A stretch of 22,372 nucleotides of DNA from Octopus sinensis (lineage: Eukaryota): contig NW_021836940.1 in NCBI RefSeq assembly GCF_006345805.1, forward strand, positions 1-22,372. Reading direction: 5' to 3'. Each line of letters starts with the position of its first letter. Positions within the stretch are counted from its first letter, which is position 1. The notes under the pieces were generated by a model. It ran no database searches and was not told where the DNA came from. It was given only the letters and a program-made list of their open reading frames with translations. The position numbers and the translations under genes are program-made. This document shows, piece after piece, positions 20,477 to 22,372 of this stretch.

Positions 20477-21347
20477 TTATGAATTTTCTGGTTGGTTCCG
20501 TAATGGAATCGGCGGCTTATATTTATTTGCTGCCGATAAATTTGGCGCGAGTGCGACGATTTGAAAATTTTAGGTCAGATATTGGCGAGGCATGGACGAG
20601 AATGCCTCGTGAAAAAATCTGTTCCGATTTGGCTATTCCTTACTGATGAATCTAAGGGCCTATGGTAGATGGCTTGATTTAATTTAATCAGGTTAGTTTA
20701 CCATTAAACAGTAGAAGAACGGTGGCATCGTATAAGGAATTTCAGGGTAAATGTTTTTTAATTTTCTCCTGGTTTACGGAATTAATGTTATTTTGCGGTT
20801 GAAGCTTTTTGGCTGTTATTTCTAGTGGGTGAATGGCCTATTATGGCCGTTCCTTGATTGTGATATTGAACTTAAAAATGGTTTATGACTATTTAATTTT
20901 TTCCCACTAGGCCGCTGGGGCAAAAGAATTCTACAAAATTTTTTTCCTCCCTATATTGATTAATTATGAATTTTCTGGGTGGTTCCGTAATGGAATCGGC
21001 GGCTTATATTATTTGCTGCCGAAATTTGGCGCGAGTGCGACGATTTGAAAATTTTAGGTCAGATATTGGCGAGGCATGGACGAGAATGCCTCGTGAAAAA
21101 TATCTGTTCCGATTTGGCTATTCCTTACTGATGAATCTAAGGGCCTATGGTAGATTGGCTTGATTTAATTTAATCAGGTTAGTTTACCATTAAACAGTAG
21201 AAGAAACGGTTGCATCGTATAAGGAATTTCAGGGTAAATGTTTTTTAATTTTCTCCTGTTTACGGAATTAATGTTATTTTGCGGTTGAAGCTTTTTGGCT
21301 GTTATTTCTAGTGGGTGAATGGCCTATTATGGCCGTTCCTTGATTGT
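20021..21347 (+). repeat. Tandem array, ~2.7 units of 484-487 bp
   Basis: The core GGAATCGGCGGC starts at 20021, 20505 and 20992. Units differ almost only by small indels. Confidence 0.95.
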
Positions 21348-21396
21348 CATATATATATATGTATATCATATGTATATGTATATGTATATATATACG

Positions 21397-21446
<50 letters not shown>

Positions 21447-21786
21447 AATATAATATGTATTATAATACAAGTATCTAATATATATCCTAATGATATTTAT
21501 TCTCCGATCTGAAGATATCTATCTATCTATCTATGTATTTATGTATGTATGTATGCATGCATGCATGTATGTATGCATGCATGTATGCATCTATATGGAA
21601 CATTTTGTAAGCCAAATCAGATGTGCCGAGTGAGTCGGTGTTCTGCAGAAAATAAAGGAATTCTCGAACACAGGATTGCTGAGAAGACATCTTAAAAAGA
21701 CACGTAAATATCGTTTAGAACACAGTTACAAGTTACTGGTAAGTTTCTACAGCGTATCGAATCCTGTACATCGCAGGTCCCAGAAA

Positions 21787-22372
<586 letters not shown>

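Noticed and set aside
19917-21163. Repeated ORFs MESAAYI...YGRLA in the tandem array
   Set aside because: The frame is broken by indels in unit 2, start context differs between units, and there is no recognisable domain.
20021-21347. CRISPR-like or prokaryotic repeat interpretation of the array
   Set aside because: Units are ~485-bp near-identical copies without unique spacers, no cas genes are present, and the context is eukaryotic.

Overview
Eukaryotic, repeat-saturated DNA (intronic or intergenic) with no host gene that I can support. Dense (TA)n/(CA)n/(GATA)n microsatellites and the SINE types suggest a cephalopod (Octopus-like) genome; this is recognition from memory, not a search result. 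Nearly all supplied ORFs are microsatellite translations. Real protein-coding relics: (1) a + strand Penelope-like element (PLE) with RT (TMD..SLYT, YIDD), thumb, Cys-rich linker and GIY-YIG endonuclease at 1224-2662, broken by many 1-nt frameshifts; (2) a more decayed second PLE (thumb end, linker, GIY-YIG) on the - strand at 11640-12360, bracketed by a 42/43-bp inverted repeat; (3) a Tc1 transposase fragment at 15641-15990, interrupted by a MITE-like insert. Three tRNA-headed SINE families occur in several copies, including an inverted copy nested inside one of its own family. The most unusual signals are: three minimal type-I hammerhead-ribozyme-like motifs with variant cores (3540-3577, 6493-6528, 19821-19852); three TA-flanked foldback elements of about 155-190 bp; a block-conserved 95-bp inverted pair carrying a YY1-like motif; and a TTAA-bounded element with 100-bp TIRs whose hairpin-rich core is tandemly amplified with a ~485-bp period (19920-21347).
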